This document shows positions 24,709 through 33,451 of a stretch of DNA of 63,576 bases, piece by piece. Under the pieces are notes generated by a model that was not told the origin of the DNA, made no database searches, and saw only the letters and a list, made by a program, of their open reading frames with translations. The translations under genes were made by a program, and so were the position numbers. The DNA is from Planctomycetota bacterium (GTDB lineage: Bacteria; Planctomycetota; UBA8108; JACQVS01). Positions within the stretch are counted from its first letter, which is position 1. Each line of letters opens with the position of its first letter. Location of the stretch: NCBI GenBank assembly GCA_041569895.1, contig JBFFXF010000002.1:1-63576 (forward strand). The letters run 5' to 3'.

Positions 24709-25141
24709 CCGATTCCGACTCCGATACCGATACCGATGCCGATGCCGTTGACAAAACTCGCTGGACGACGCCAAGACGGTCACGGTCACGGTCACGGCAC
24801 ACGGTCCACGGGTCACGGTCCACGGTCCACGGTCCACGGTCCAGGGGTCACGGCCACCGTCCAGGCCAGGGTTGGACCCGTGCTCGTGCTCCGTATCCGT
24901 GTTCCGTCTCCGTTGTCTTTACCGTCGCCGTAAACAGAGAACCGATTCCGATTCCGACTCCGATACCGATACCGACTCCGATGTCCGAGACGGAGGAGCT
25001 GCTTTTGACTTAGGTTCTCCCCAATCTGCGTAATCTGCGCAATCTGCGTTCCCGTTCTCTTCGCCGGCGAAGTCGAGTAACCTTTCGGGCACCGGAACGG
25101 GCACGGGGACGGGAACGGGGACGGGGACGGGGACGGGAACG
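24709..25141 (-). repeat. Mosaic intergenic repeat, copy D (reverse orientation: E'-H-E'-x-Q'-L'-P')
   Basis: E' 24709-24747. H 24778-24866 (GGTCAC and ACGGTCC units). E' 24942-24987. Q' 25023-25048 (3 units). L' 25049-25086. P' 25087-25141 (G-rich on plus). The reverse complement of 25042-25092 equals 1094-1144 with one mismatch. Confidence 0.9.
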
Positions 25142-25159
25142 TAACGCTGGGGTGGAAAC

Positions 25160-26665
25160 ATGAGTCTGCTCGGTATCGACGTCGGCACCACGGGATGCAA
25201 GGCGGCGGCCTTCTCGCTCGACGGCGAGTGCATCGCCTCGGCCTATCGCGAGTATCCGATGCTCCACCCGGGGGACGGCCTGGCGGAGCTGGACAGCGTC
25301 GATGTGTTCACCAGGATCCGGCAGTGCGTCGCGGAGGTCGCCCGCGCGACGTCCAGCGATCCGATCACCGCGCTCAGCGTCAGCTCGATGGGCGAGGCGA
25401 TGGTGCCGGTCTCGCGCGATCGGGAGATCCTCGGCAACAGCATCCTGATGGTCGACCTGCGCGGCTCGGAGTACGTCGACAGACTGCGTGAGCGCATCGG
25501 GCAGGAGGAGTTCTACGAGATCAACCCGAACATCCTCGGACCGAACTACTCGCTCCCGAAGCTGCTCTGGGTCCGCGACAACCAGCCGGACGTGTGGAAG
25601 CGCACCTGGAAGTTTCTCAACTGGGGCGACCTTGTGCCGGTGCTCCTCGGCGGCGAGCCGGTCGCCAGCCACACGCTGGTCAACCGCACGCTGCTCTACG
25701 ACATCCGTCGCGAGGACTGGTCCGACCGGCTCCTCGAGCTCACCGGGCTCGATCGCGAGAAGCTGCCGCGTCCGGTTCACAGCGGCACCGACGCCGGCAC
25801 GGTGAGCGACGCGATCGCCGACGAGTTCGGGCTGCCACGAGGCGTGCGGATGATCGTCGGCGGCCATGATCAGGGGTGCAACTCGCTCGGCGCCGGGATC
25901 CACGAGGCGGGCAAGGCGGTGTGCGGCATGGGGACGTTCGAGTGCATCACGCCGGCCTACGATCACATCCCGCCGACGGCGGAGATGCTGCCGCGAGGGC
26001 TGAACGTCGAGCATCACGTCATCCCCGGACTCTACGTCTCCTTCATCTTCAACCAGAGCGGCTCCCTGGTGCGCTGGTTTCGCGACACGTTCGCGTCGGC
26101 GGACCGGAAGCTGCTCCGCGAGGGCGAGGACATCTACGACGTCCTGACGGCGGAGATGCCGGCGGACCCGACGCGCCTCCTGGTGCTGCCGCACTTCGAG
26201 ATCACCGGCACGCCGGACTTCGTCACCGACTCTGCCGGCGTGATCGCCGGGCTGAAGAACGACACGACGCGCGGCGAGATCCTCAAGGCGATCATGGAGG
26301 GCGCGACGTTTTATTTCGTCGAGGGCATCGACGGGCTGCGCGAGGTCGGCATCGACATGCGCGAGCTGGTCGCCACCGGCGGCGGCGCGAAGTCGGACGC
26401 GTGGCTCCAGATCAAGGCCGACATCCTCGGCGTCCCGTTCGTCCGGCCGCGGATCACCGAGTGCACCATCCTCGGCGCGGCGATGCTCGCGGGAATCGCC
26501 ACCGGAGCCCTCGCGGACCCTGCGGACGCCACGCGCCGATTTGTCGTCCGCGAGCGCGTCTTCGAGCCCGACCGCGCCCGCCACGAGCGCTACCGCGAGC
26601 AGCACGAGCTCTACCGCCGACTCTACCCCGCGCTGAAGGATATCCAGGCGCGCCTCTCCGTGTGA
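25160..26665 (+). CDS. FGGY-family carbohydrate kinase (xylulokinase-like)
   Basis: ORF track, 501 aa, ATG 25160. N-terminal MSLLGIDVGTTGCKAAAF (actin-fold phosphate-1 motif). VGGHDQGCNSLGAG. C-terminal ELVATGGGAKSDAWLQIKADILG. Confidence 0.9.
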   Translation: MSLLGIDVGTTGCKAAAFSLDGECIASAYREYPMLHPGDGLAELDSVDVFTRIRQCVAEVARATSSDPITALSVSSMGEAMVPVSRDREILGNSILMVDLRGSEYVDRLRERIGQEEFYEINPNILGPNYSLPKLLWVRDNQPDVWKRTWKFLNWGDLVPVLLGGEPVASHTLVNRTLLYDIRREDWSDRLLELTGLDREKLPRPVHSGTDAGTVSDAIADEFGLPRGVRMIVGGHDQGCNSLGAGIHEAGKAVCGMGTFECITPAYDHIPPTAEMLPRGLNVEHHVIPGLYVSFIFNQSGSLVRWFRDTFASADRKLLREGEDIYDVLTAEMPADPTRLLVLPHFEITGTPDFVTDSAGVIAGLKNDTTRGEILKAIMEGATFYFVEGIDGLREVGIDMRELVATGGGAKSDAWLQIKADILGVPFVRPRITECTILGAAMLAGIATGALADPADATRRFVVRERVFEPDRARHERYREQHELYRRLYPALKDIQARLSV

Positions 26666-26735
26666 CTCGTACTCGTCCTCGTCCTCGTCCTCGATCCCGT
26701 CCCCGGTCCCGGTCCCGTGCCCGGCCCCGTGCCCG
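26666..26735 (+). repeat. Mosaic repeat, copy E (G'-P)
   Basis: G' 26666-26694 (CTCGTC units) starts immediately after the stop at 26665. P 26695-26735 (CCCGTCCCCGGTCCCGGTCCCGTGCCCGGCCCCGTGCCCG). Convergent spacer. Confidence 0.85.
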
Positions 26736-26829
26736 AAGATTATCGTCGTCACCGCGACGGCCGACGTCGGGGCCGATCGCCGCAGTTCGAAACCGAGACC
26801 GAGGCAAGGGACCGACACGGAGAGAGACG

Positions 26830-27255
26830 CTACCCGGGAACGTCCTGAACGCGGATCACGCTGGAAGCGAAGGGCGTCTGCTCCAGCGCGTTGCACAACC
26901 GCTCGTCGCCGGTCACCAGGCGTCCATTGAGGGCCAACGCCAGTGCGACGTAGAGGCTGTCGTAGACGGTGCGCGAGACGTCGACGGCCAGCTCGAGAGC
27001 AGCATCCAGGAGCGGCGGAGACGGATGGGATTCGAGCGGTACAGCACTCAGAGCTCGAAGAATCGACCGCGCCTCGGCGTCACTCAGTTCGCCCCGGACT
27101 ACCTTCTTCCACAGGATATTGCCGAACTCCGGAAAGAACAGATCCGGTACGTGGAGGTCACGGCCATGATCCAGGAGTCGAGCGGCGAATCGAGAGTGGA
27201 TCTCGGGCACATACCACTTCACTCCGACGCTCGCGTCCACGACGAGGCAGCTCAT
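26830..27255 (-). CDS. vapC: Type II toxin, PIN-domain ribonuclease VapC family
   Basis: ORF track, 141 aa. MSCLVVDASVGVKW... has the N-terminal acidic PIN residue. Also ...TVYDSLYVALAL... and ...LVTGDERL. The ATG overlaps the stop of the upstream antitoxin gene (ATGA). Confidence 0.85.
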   Translation of the reverse strand: MSCLVVDASVGVKWYVPEIHSRFAARLLDHGRDLHVPDLFFPEFGNILWKKVVRGELSDAEARSILRALSAVPLESHPSPPLLDAALELAVDVSRTVYDSLYVALALALNGRLVTGDERLCNALEQTPFASSVIRVQDVPG

Positions 27256-27482
27256 CGCGTTCGATCATCCGCCAACAGCTCCGCGCTGTCCGTGTGTTTG
27301 CGACCCGCCAGCTTCTTGCGGATGCGCTGAGCCAGTCCTCGAGCTCTCGACATGTCCACTCGCGAGGCCCGCTCCAGAATGTCCCTCAGCTCGGCTTCCA
27401 GCGACCGACCATGGGCGCGAGCTCGCTTCTTGAGGTTTTCGAGGACCTTTCGATCGACGTCTCTCACAAGTACCTGGGCCAT
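27252..27482 (-). CDS. vapB: Type II antitoxin, ribbon-helix-helix (FitA/VapB-like)
   Basis: ORF track, 76 aa. MAQVLVRDVDRKVLENLKKRARAHGRSLEAELRDILERA is an RHH pattern. GGAGG lies 6 nt upstream of ATG 27482. Confidence 0.8.
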   Translation of the reverse strand: MAQVLVRDVDRKVLENLKKRARAHGRSLEAELRDILERASRVDMSRARGLAQRIRKKLAGRKHTDSAELLADDRTR

Positions 27483-27519
27483 CGCAAGCCTCCAAGGAAG
27501 TCACAACCAAACGTTTGAT

Positions 27520-27536
27520 GCTATCATAATGATAGC
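27520..27536 (-). promoter_or_regulatory. Candidate vapBC operator: perfect 8-1-8 palindrome overlapping a -10-like hexamer
   Basis: GCTATCAT-A-ATGATAGC, about 40 nt upstream of the vapB ATG. On the minus strand it contains TATGAT (27528-27523). The local sequence is visibly AT-richer than its surroundings. Confidence 0.5.
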
Positions 27537-27724
27537 GTCATGGTCGTGATCAGTCCAGGGAAGACTTCAGTTTTCTTCGCGCGCCGGAGGCCAACGGAGA
27601 ATCCCGAAGTTTCTCGGATCGGAATCCGGCTCTCGCTTGCCGACCGGGCGAGTGAGTTCGACCACGTGCTACGCGTGCGATTTCGGAGGACGGCCCTCCA
27701 GCCGCGCGCAGCCTGACGGCGCTC

Positions 27725-29068
27725 TCACTTCCCCGTCGCCGACCGGCGTGCTTCGCCGATGCAGTACAGGTGGCGCGTGCCCCGGATGTAGATGCGGCCG
27801 CCGCTGATCGCCGGGGACGCGGCGCAGTCCTCGCCGAGCTCGTTCTCGGCGACTCGGTCGAAGGTCTCGCCGGGGCGGACCACGGTCATGACGCCGTCGT
27901 CGGCGAGGAAGTACACCAGGCCGCCGGCCGAGACCAGGGAGGCGCTGTATCGCGAGCCGAGGCGCTTCATCCAGTGCCGTGTTCCCGTCGGCGCGTCGAA
28001 ACAGCTGGCGATGCCACCATCGGACACCACCAGGAAGTGCTTCCCGACGACGATCGGCGAGGGGACGTACGCGGCGCCGCGGTTCGTCCGCCAGGCGATG
28101 TGCGTGTCGGTCACGTTGCCGGAGCCGTCCGGGCGGATGGCCAGGATATGGTGCTCCGGGTAGCCGGCGGTCAGGAAGAGCAGCTTCCCGTCGTACACCA
28201 TCGAGGCGACGAATTGCTCGGTCGGCCCGTCGATCACCCAGTGCCGGTTGCCGGTGCCCGGGTCGTAGCTCGCCACCGACTTGCTGCCCGAGAGGATCAT
28301 CTGCGTCCGCCCGTCGATCTCGCGAATGATCGGCGTGACGTAACTGCGCGTCTTGTTCTCGCGGTCGATTCGCCAGCGAACGCGTCCGTCCTCGCGATCG
28401 AGCGCCACGATCCAGGCGTCGCCGTCGTGGTCTCCATTGACGATGGCGAGGTCCTCGTGCAAGACGGGGCTGCTGCAGAAGCCGTGTGCGCTGATGAACT
28501 CGCCGGGTTTCGCCTCCCACTTCCTGTTGCCCTCGAGGTCGTACGCCGCGACGACGACACGGCCCACGGTGACCGGCCTGGGAGTCGATACGTTCGGGGC
28601 GGGTACCGTCCTGCCGTCGGTCTCGAGAAACGTGACGACGATGAGCTCGCCGTCGGTGACCGGAGTGCTCGAGGCGTAGCTGTTCAGGTGGTGCTTGGTC
28701 TCGAGGAGCGACTCGAGCACCGTGCGGCGCCACACCTCGCTGCCGTCGGCGCGATTGAGGCAGAGGAGGACTCTCTCCTTCTTCTCCTTCAGGCAGGAGA
28801 CGAGGAAGATGCGATCGCCCCAGACGATCGGCGAGGCATGGCCCTCACCCGGAACCACGACCTTCCACGCGATGTTCTCGCCGGTCTCGCCGTTCCAGCG
28901 CGCCGGGACGCGCTTCTCGAGACTCGTCCCGTCGCCCCGCGGCCCGCGCCAGCCGTTCCAGCTCTCCGCGATGGCCGACGGCGCGGCGGCGAGGACGAGG
29001 ATGACGACCAGGGGCCTGACGATCCGGTCGAGCGAGCCCCTTCCGATAAACCTCACGGTGCGTGTCAC
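27725..29068 (-). CDS. PQQ-like beta-propeller repeat protein (BamB-like fold), secreted
   Basis: ORF track, 447 aa, GTG start 29068 with GGAGAG upstream. Signal ...VVILVLAAAPSAIA, then the WNGWRGPRGDGTS motif typical of this family. Repeated propeller blades. Confidence 0.85.
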   Translation of the reverse strand: MTRTVRFIGRGSLDRIVRPLVVILVLAAAPSAIAESWNGWRGPRGDGTSLEKRVPARWNGETGENIAWKVVVPGEGHASPIVWGDRIFLVSCLKEKKERVLLCLNRADGSEVWRRTVLESLLETKHHLNSYASSTPVTDGELIVVTFLETDGRTVPAPNVSTPRPVTVGRVVVAAYDLEGNRKWEAKPGEFISAHGFCSSPVLHEDLAIVNGDHDGDAWIVALDREDGRVRWRIDRENKTRSYVTPIIREIDGRTQMILSGSKSVASYDPGTGNRHWVIDGPTEQFVASMVYDGKLLFLTAGYPEHHILAIRPDGSGNVTDTHIAWRTNRGAAYVPSPIVVGKHFLVVSDGGIASCFDAPTGTRHWMKRLGSRYSASLVSAGGLVYFLADDGVMTVVRPGETFDRVAENELGEDCAASPAISGGRIYIRGTRHLYCIGEARRSATGK

Positions 29069-29098
29069 GATGCTCTCCAGGATGATCTCGGGTCAGAA

Positions 29099-29134
29099 TC
29101 GACGCAGAGTCGACGCAGAGTCGTCGACGCAGAG
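29099..29134. repeat. Three copies of the 11-mer TCGACGCAGAG in a divergent promoter region
   Basis: Copies at 29099-29109, 29110-29120 and 29124-29134. They lie 31-66 nt upstream of GTG 29068 (minus-strand gene). The ACGCAGA core resembles the Q unit ACGCAGATT. Confidence 0.8.
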
Positions 29135-29270
29135 AGCCGACTCGGCGGCATGCCGGCTCATTGTACCGGCGCGGCGATCAAAGGGAACTCCGGGGGACTC
29201 CCTTGATCCGTCGTGCGGGCTCGAATAGACTGGCGCAGCCATTGAACATGGGGAGCACGGAGAGCGCGAC

Positions 29271-30641
29271 ATGCTGACGATCTACTCCGATTACGACCGC
29301 CGACCGAACCACTGTGACGGCCTGTCACGGCGCGGCTTCCTGAAGATCGGCGGCATGGCCGCCGGCGGTCTCTCACTCGCCCAGCTCCTGCGCGCCGAGT
29401 CCGAATCCGGCACCGGCAGCAACCACAAGGCGATCATCAACGTCTACCTCCCCGGCGGTCCGGCTCACCTCGACATGTTCGATCTCAAGCCCGACGCGCC
29501 GAAGGAGATCCGCGGCGAGTTCAGACCGATCGAGACCAACGTCTCGGGAATCCAGATCTGCGAGCTCTTCCCGCGTCTGGCCTCGGTGATGGACAAGTTC
29601 GTCATCATCCGCTCGATCGCCGACGCGGACGGCCGGCACGACTGCTACCAGTGCATGACCGGCCACAAGAAGGGCAAGGAGTCGCCCCCCGGCGGCTGGC
29701 CGCAGCTCGGCGCGTACGTGTCGAGGCTCCAGGGGCCGGCGGCGCGCGGCACACCGCCGAACCTGTCGTTGATGTATCCGACCGGAAACCGCACGTGGGG
29801 CGAGGCGGGCACCGGCGGCTTCCTCGGCCACTCGCACACGCCGACGCAGCTCGTCAACAAGGACCCGAATCACCGCGCCGACAACATGACGCTGCGCGGC
29901 ATCACGCTCGAGCGGCTCCACGATCGCTACCGGCTGATGCGCTCGCTCGACTCGTTCCGGCGAGAGATCGACACCTCGGGCGTCATGGACGGGATCGACA
30001 CCTTCACGGAGCAGGCGGTCGACATCCTGTCGTCGTCGGGGCTCGCGCGGGCGCTCGACCTCTCGGAGGAGGACCCGCGCATCGTCGAGCGCTACGGCGA
30101 GAACATCCCCAAGTACCAGCGTGACGGCGCGCCGAAGATGGTGCGCAACTTCCTCGTCGCACGACGACTCGTCGAGGCCGGCGCGCGCGTCGTGTCGCTC
30201 AACTACAGCCGCTGGGACTGGCACGGCGGCGACGGCATGAACTTCCCGCGCTCGCGCCAGGAGTTCCCGCTGCTCGACTCCGGCCTGTCGGCGCTGCTGA
30301 TGGACCTCTCGGAGCGCGGCCTCGACAAGGACGTCTCCGTCGTCGTCTGGGGCGAGTTCGGACGCACGCCGAAGATCAACAAGAAGAACAGCCGCGACCA
30401 CTGGCCGAAGGTGTCGTTCGCGCTGCTCGCGGGCGGCGGCATGCGCACGGGCCAGGTGATCGGCGAGACCAACCGCAACGCCGAGTACCCCATCAAGCGC
30501 CCGGTCACCTTCCAGGAGGTCTTTGCGACCCTCTACCACAACGTCGGCATCGACGTCTCGACCACCCGCGTGCGCGACCTCCAGGGACGCCCGCACTACC
30601 TGGTCGACCCGGGAGTCGAGCCGATGCGCGAGCTGGTGTAG
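29271..30641 (+). CDS. DUF1501 domain-containing (sulfatase-like) protein with Tat signal
   Basis: ORF track, 456 aa. GGAGAG upstream. Twin-arginine signal SRRGFLKIGGMAAGGLSLAQLL. Also YLPGGPAHLDMFDLKP and NSRDHWP motifs. Confidence 0.88.
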   Translation: MLTIYSDYDRRPNHCDGLSRRGFLKIGGMAAGGLSLAQLLRAESESGTGSNHKAIINVYLPGGPAHLDMFDLKPDAPKEIRGEFRPIETNVSGIQICELFPRLASVMDKFVIIRSIADADGRHDCYQCMTGHKKGKESPPGGWPQLGAYVSRLQGPAARGTPPNLSLMYPTGNRTWGEAGTGGFLGHSHTPTQLVNKDPNHRADNMTLRGITLERLHDRYRLMRSLDSFRREIDTSGVMDGIDTFTEQAVDILSSSGLARALDLSEEDPRIVERYGENIPKYQRDGAPKMVRNFLVARRLVEAGARVVSLNYSRWDWHGGDGMNFPRSRQEFPLLDSGLSALLMDLSERGLDKDVSVVVWGEFGRTPKINKKNSRDHWPKVSFALLAGGGMRTGQVIGETNRNAEYPIKRPVTFQEVFATLYHNVGIDVSTTRVRDLQGRPHYLVDPGVEPMRELV

Positions 30642-30648
30642 GCCTGAC

Positions 30649-31920
30649 TCACGACCCCGACGAGACGTCGTAGCAGAAGAGGAGCTCCTGGTCGCGCAGG
30701 TAGAGCTTGCCGCCCGAGATCACCGGGTGGGTCCAGATGCGGCCGCGTGGGCTGCGGCGGTCGCTCAGGGGGCTGAGGCGGAAGCGGCCGTGCTCGCGGT
30801 ATCCGCGGGTGGTCGCCTCGACGAGCGCCACGGTGCCGTCGCGCTCGTCGACGCAGTAGAACCGCCCGTCGGCGTACGTGAGGCAGCCCTTGCCGAGCTC
30901 TCGCTTCTCGCTCCAGACCTGGTCGCCGGTCTTGAAATCCTGGCACGTCCAGCCGTTGCCGTCGGAGTAGCCGTAGATGTGCCCGTCGAGCAGCACGACG
31001 CCGCCGTGGTGGTTCTTCATGACGCGGTTGAAATAGACCTCCTCGACCGCGTTTCGCTTGCCGATCTTCAGCAGCTTGCAGCCGACGCCGTAGCCCGACG
31101 TGACGTAGACGTGACCGTCGTGGAAGATCGGCGTCGGGATCACCGCCGTGCGTCCCGGCCACTCGGCGCGCCAGAGAAGCCGGCCGTCCTTCGCGGCGAC
31201 GCCGGCGACGCTCTCCATCGTCAGCTGGATGTACTGCCGGACGCCGTTGTGCTCGGCGGCGATGATCGAGGAGTACTGCGCCCGGTCGCTGAACTTCTCG
31301 CTCTGCCAGACGCGCTTCCCGGTGCGCTTGTCGAGCGCGACGATGGCGCCCTTCCTGCCGCCCGGCGTGCAGACGACGAGGTTGCCATCGACGAGCAGTG
31401 ACTCGGTGTACCCCCAGCCCGGCGTGCGCCCGCCGAAGTCCTTCATCGCGCGGCGCCAGATGACCGTGCCCTTGGACCGCGAGACGCACACGAGATCGCC
31501 GCGCCCGCCGAGCGCGTAGAGCACGCGGCCGTCGACGGTGGGCGTGCCCCGCGGCCCGTCGCCCCAGCCGTTCGAGAGCAGCTCGCCGACCTCGGCGGAC
31601 CAGAGCTCCTTGCCCTTGTCGCCGATGGCGATCACGTGCTCGGTGCGGCCGCGACCGCCCATGGTGTAGACCGTGCCGTCGACGACCGCCGGACCGGAGT
31701 AGCCGATGCCGGCGTCGCGGAAGAGCCACACGCGCTTCGGGCCATCGTCGGGCCACGACTTCAGCAACCCGGTCTCGGTGGAGATATCGTTCCGATTCGG
31801 GCCGCGCCACTGCGGCCAGTCGGTGGTGGAATCGCTGGCGAGGCCGTCAGCGGCGACGAGGACGGCCGCGAGCGACGCGGCGAGCGCGACGCGGGAGGTC
31901 TTCAGGCTCATCTGGATCAT
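30649..31920 (-). CDS. PQQ-like beta-propeller repeat protein, secreted
   Basis: I chose ATG 31920 inside track ORF 30649..32031 (GGAGAAG upstream). The longer form would overlap the 31964 gene. MIQMSLKTSRVALAASLAAVLVAADG signal, then WPQWRGPNRND. Confidence 0.85.
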   Translation of the reverse strand: MIQMSLKTSRVALAASLAAVLVAADGLASDSTTDWPQWRGPNRNDISTETGLLKSWPDDGPKRVWLFRDAGIGYSGPAVVDGTVYTMGGRGRTEHVIAIGDKGKELWSAEVGELLSNGWGDGPRGTPTVDGRVLYALGGRGDLVCVSRSKGTVIWRRAMKDFGGRTPGWGYTESLLVDGNLVVCTPGGRKGAIVALDKRTGKRVWQSEKFSDRAQYSSIIAAEHNGVRQYIQLTMESVAGVAAKDGRLLWRAEWPGRTAVIPTPIFHDGHVYVTSGYGVGCKLLKIGKRNAVEEVYFNRVMKNHHGGVVLLDGHIYGYSDGNGWTCQDFKTGDQVWSEKRELGKGCLTYADGRFYCVDERDGTVALVEATTRGYREHGRFRLSPLSDRRSPRGRIWTHPVISGGKLYLRDQELLFCYDVSSGS

Positions 31921-31963
31921 CCGGTGCTTCTCCACTGGTTGTGACGTTTGATCTGCCCGGCGA

Positions 31964-33187
31964 CTACTTCTCCGGGGCACCTCGACCGGCGGGCGCCAGC
32001 ATCTCGAGATCGCGAAACCGCACCTCGACATCCTGACCGCCGTGGACCTGGAGCGCGATGAGGCCCTCGCGCCGGCCCGGGTCGTCCCGCACCTCGCTGA
32101 ACTTCGCGCCGTTGACGTGCACGGCGACGCGCTTCCCGTGCGCGGAGACGGTCATCTCGTTCCACTCGCCGGGCCGGAAGTGCTTCTCGAACACCTTCGC
32201 GGCCGGCCTCGCGACCCAGCCGCGGCCGCCGGTCTCGTAGAGCCCACCGGTGTCCCGCGCCGCGTCGATGTCGGCCTGGAAGCCCGCGATGCCGAGGTCA
32301 CCGGGCTGCTTCTCCGTGCGGAAGTAGAAGCCGCTGTTCCCCTCGGTCGCCCTGAACCGCATTCGTATCGTGAAGTCCTTCTGCGGCGCATCGAGGAAGA
32401 GGTGGCCGTGTCGCTTCTCGCTCGCCGGGTTGCGGCCGACGATGGCGCCGTCCTCGATCGTCCACGTGCCGCCGCCCTCGGCGGTCCAGCCGTCGAGGCT
32501 CTTGCCGTCCCAGAGCGGCTTCCAGCGGTGCCGGCCGAGGTCCTTCAGGCGGATGGCGCGCCAGCGCACGCTGGCGGACTCGGGCTTGCCCGGCTTCGGC
32601 CGGTAGCTGTGGACCTGGAGGCCGATGAAGCCCTCGAGGGTCATCGAGTCGACCAGGTCGGCAGCGGGCACGCCGTTCAGCCAGGTGCGGATCGAGTCGC
32701 CGCGGCAGACGACGCGAAACGCGTTCCACTCGCCGTGGCGCAGCGCGCGGCGCGCGGCCTCGTTGCCGTCGAGCGGGTAGAGCCAGCCGCGACGGTTCTC
32801 GTCGTAGATCCCGCCGCTCCAGAAGCGGGCGCGCTCGGTGTCCGGGTCGATCTCGACCTGGTACCCGCCGACACGGCCGTTCGGCCGCACCAGGCTGCGG
32901 ATCTGAACGCCCGAGTTGAGCACCGGGTCGACCTTGAACTCGAGCTCGAGCACGAAGTCGCCGTACGTCCGCTCCGTGACCAGGAACGTGTTCGGCGTCC
33001 TCGGCGCCGTCGTGCCGACGATCGTGCCGTCCTCGACGCGGTAGGTCGCCTTGCCGCCGAGCCGCTTCCACCCGCGCAGGGTCGCGCCGTCGAAGAGATC
33101 GACGAAGCCATCAGCGGAGGTCTCGTCGGCGGGAAGGGCCGTGGCGACGGCGAGGCAGGTTGTCAGGGCGAGGAGGGGGAGTTTCAT
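31964..33187 (-). CDS. Tandem DUF1080 (3-keto-disaccharide hydrolase-like) domain protein
   Basis: ORF track, 407 aa. Signal MKLPLLALTTCLAVATALPA. Two copies of the LFDGxxLxGW...GxIxG...FxLxxEF pattern (FVDLFDGATLRGWKRLGG...; LWDGKSLDGWTAEGGG...). Confidence 0.85.
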   Translation of the reverse strand: MKLPLLALTTCLAVATALPADETSADGFVDLFDGATLRGWKRLGGKATYRVEDGTIVGTTAPRTPNTFLVTERTYGDFVLELEFKVDPVLNSGVQIRSLVRPNGRVGGYQVEIDPDTERARFWSGGIYDENRRGWLYPLDGNEAARRALRHGEWNAFRVVCRGDSIRTWLNGVPAADLVDSMTLEGFIGLQVHSYRPKPGKPESASVRWRAIRLKDLGRHRWKPLWDGKSLDGWTAEGGGTWTIEDGAIVGRNPASEKRHGHLFLDAPQKDFTIRMRFRATEGNSGFYFRTEKQPGDLGIAGFQADIDAARDTGGLYETGGRGWVARPAAKVFEKHFRPGEWNEMTVSAHGKRVAVHVNGAKFSEVRDDPGRREGLIALQVHGGQDVEVRFRDLEMLAPAGRGAPEK

Positions 33188-33219
33188 TGTCGGTTGTCCT
33201 GTTGGCCCGCAAATTGATT

Positions 33220-33394
33220 TCGTGCTCGTGCTCGTCCTCGATCCGCGTTCGACACCGAGACCGATTCCGATTCCGACTCCGATTCCGATGACCGATTCCG
33301 ATGTCCGATACCGATTCCGACTCCGATACCGATACCGAGTGGGTAGGACTCTCTCTCAATCTGCGTCATCTGCGTTCCCGTCCTCGTCCTGCGG
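33220..33394 (-). repeat. Mosaic repeat, copy F (reverse orientation: G'-x-E'-x-Q'-GGGAAC')
   Basis: G' 33220-33240. E' 33261-33337. Q' 33358-33374 (2 units). 33375-33394 is the reverse complement of CCGCAGGACGAGGACGGGAA. No P module. Confidence 0.85.
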
Positions 33395-33451
33395 TCGCCC
33401 GGAATGCGGAAGCCTACCACGACATCGCCCCGTCTCAAAGCGATCGATCGA

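Noticed and set aside
27483-27724. Possible degenerate repeat remnant (TCTCGGATCGGAATCCGG) and weak hairpins (GGAGG-ACGGC-CCTCC) downstream of the PQQ gene stop
   Set aside because: There are only two or three E-like units and 5-bp stems without a U-run. That is too short to separate from chance, so it is not counted as an element copy or a terminator.
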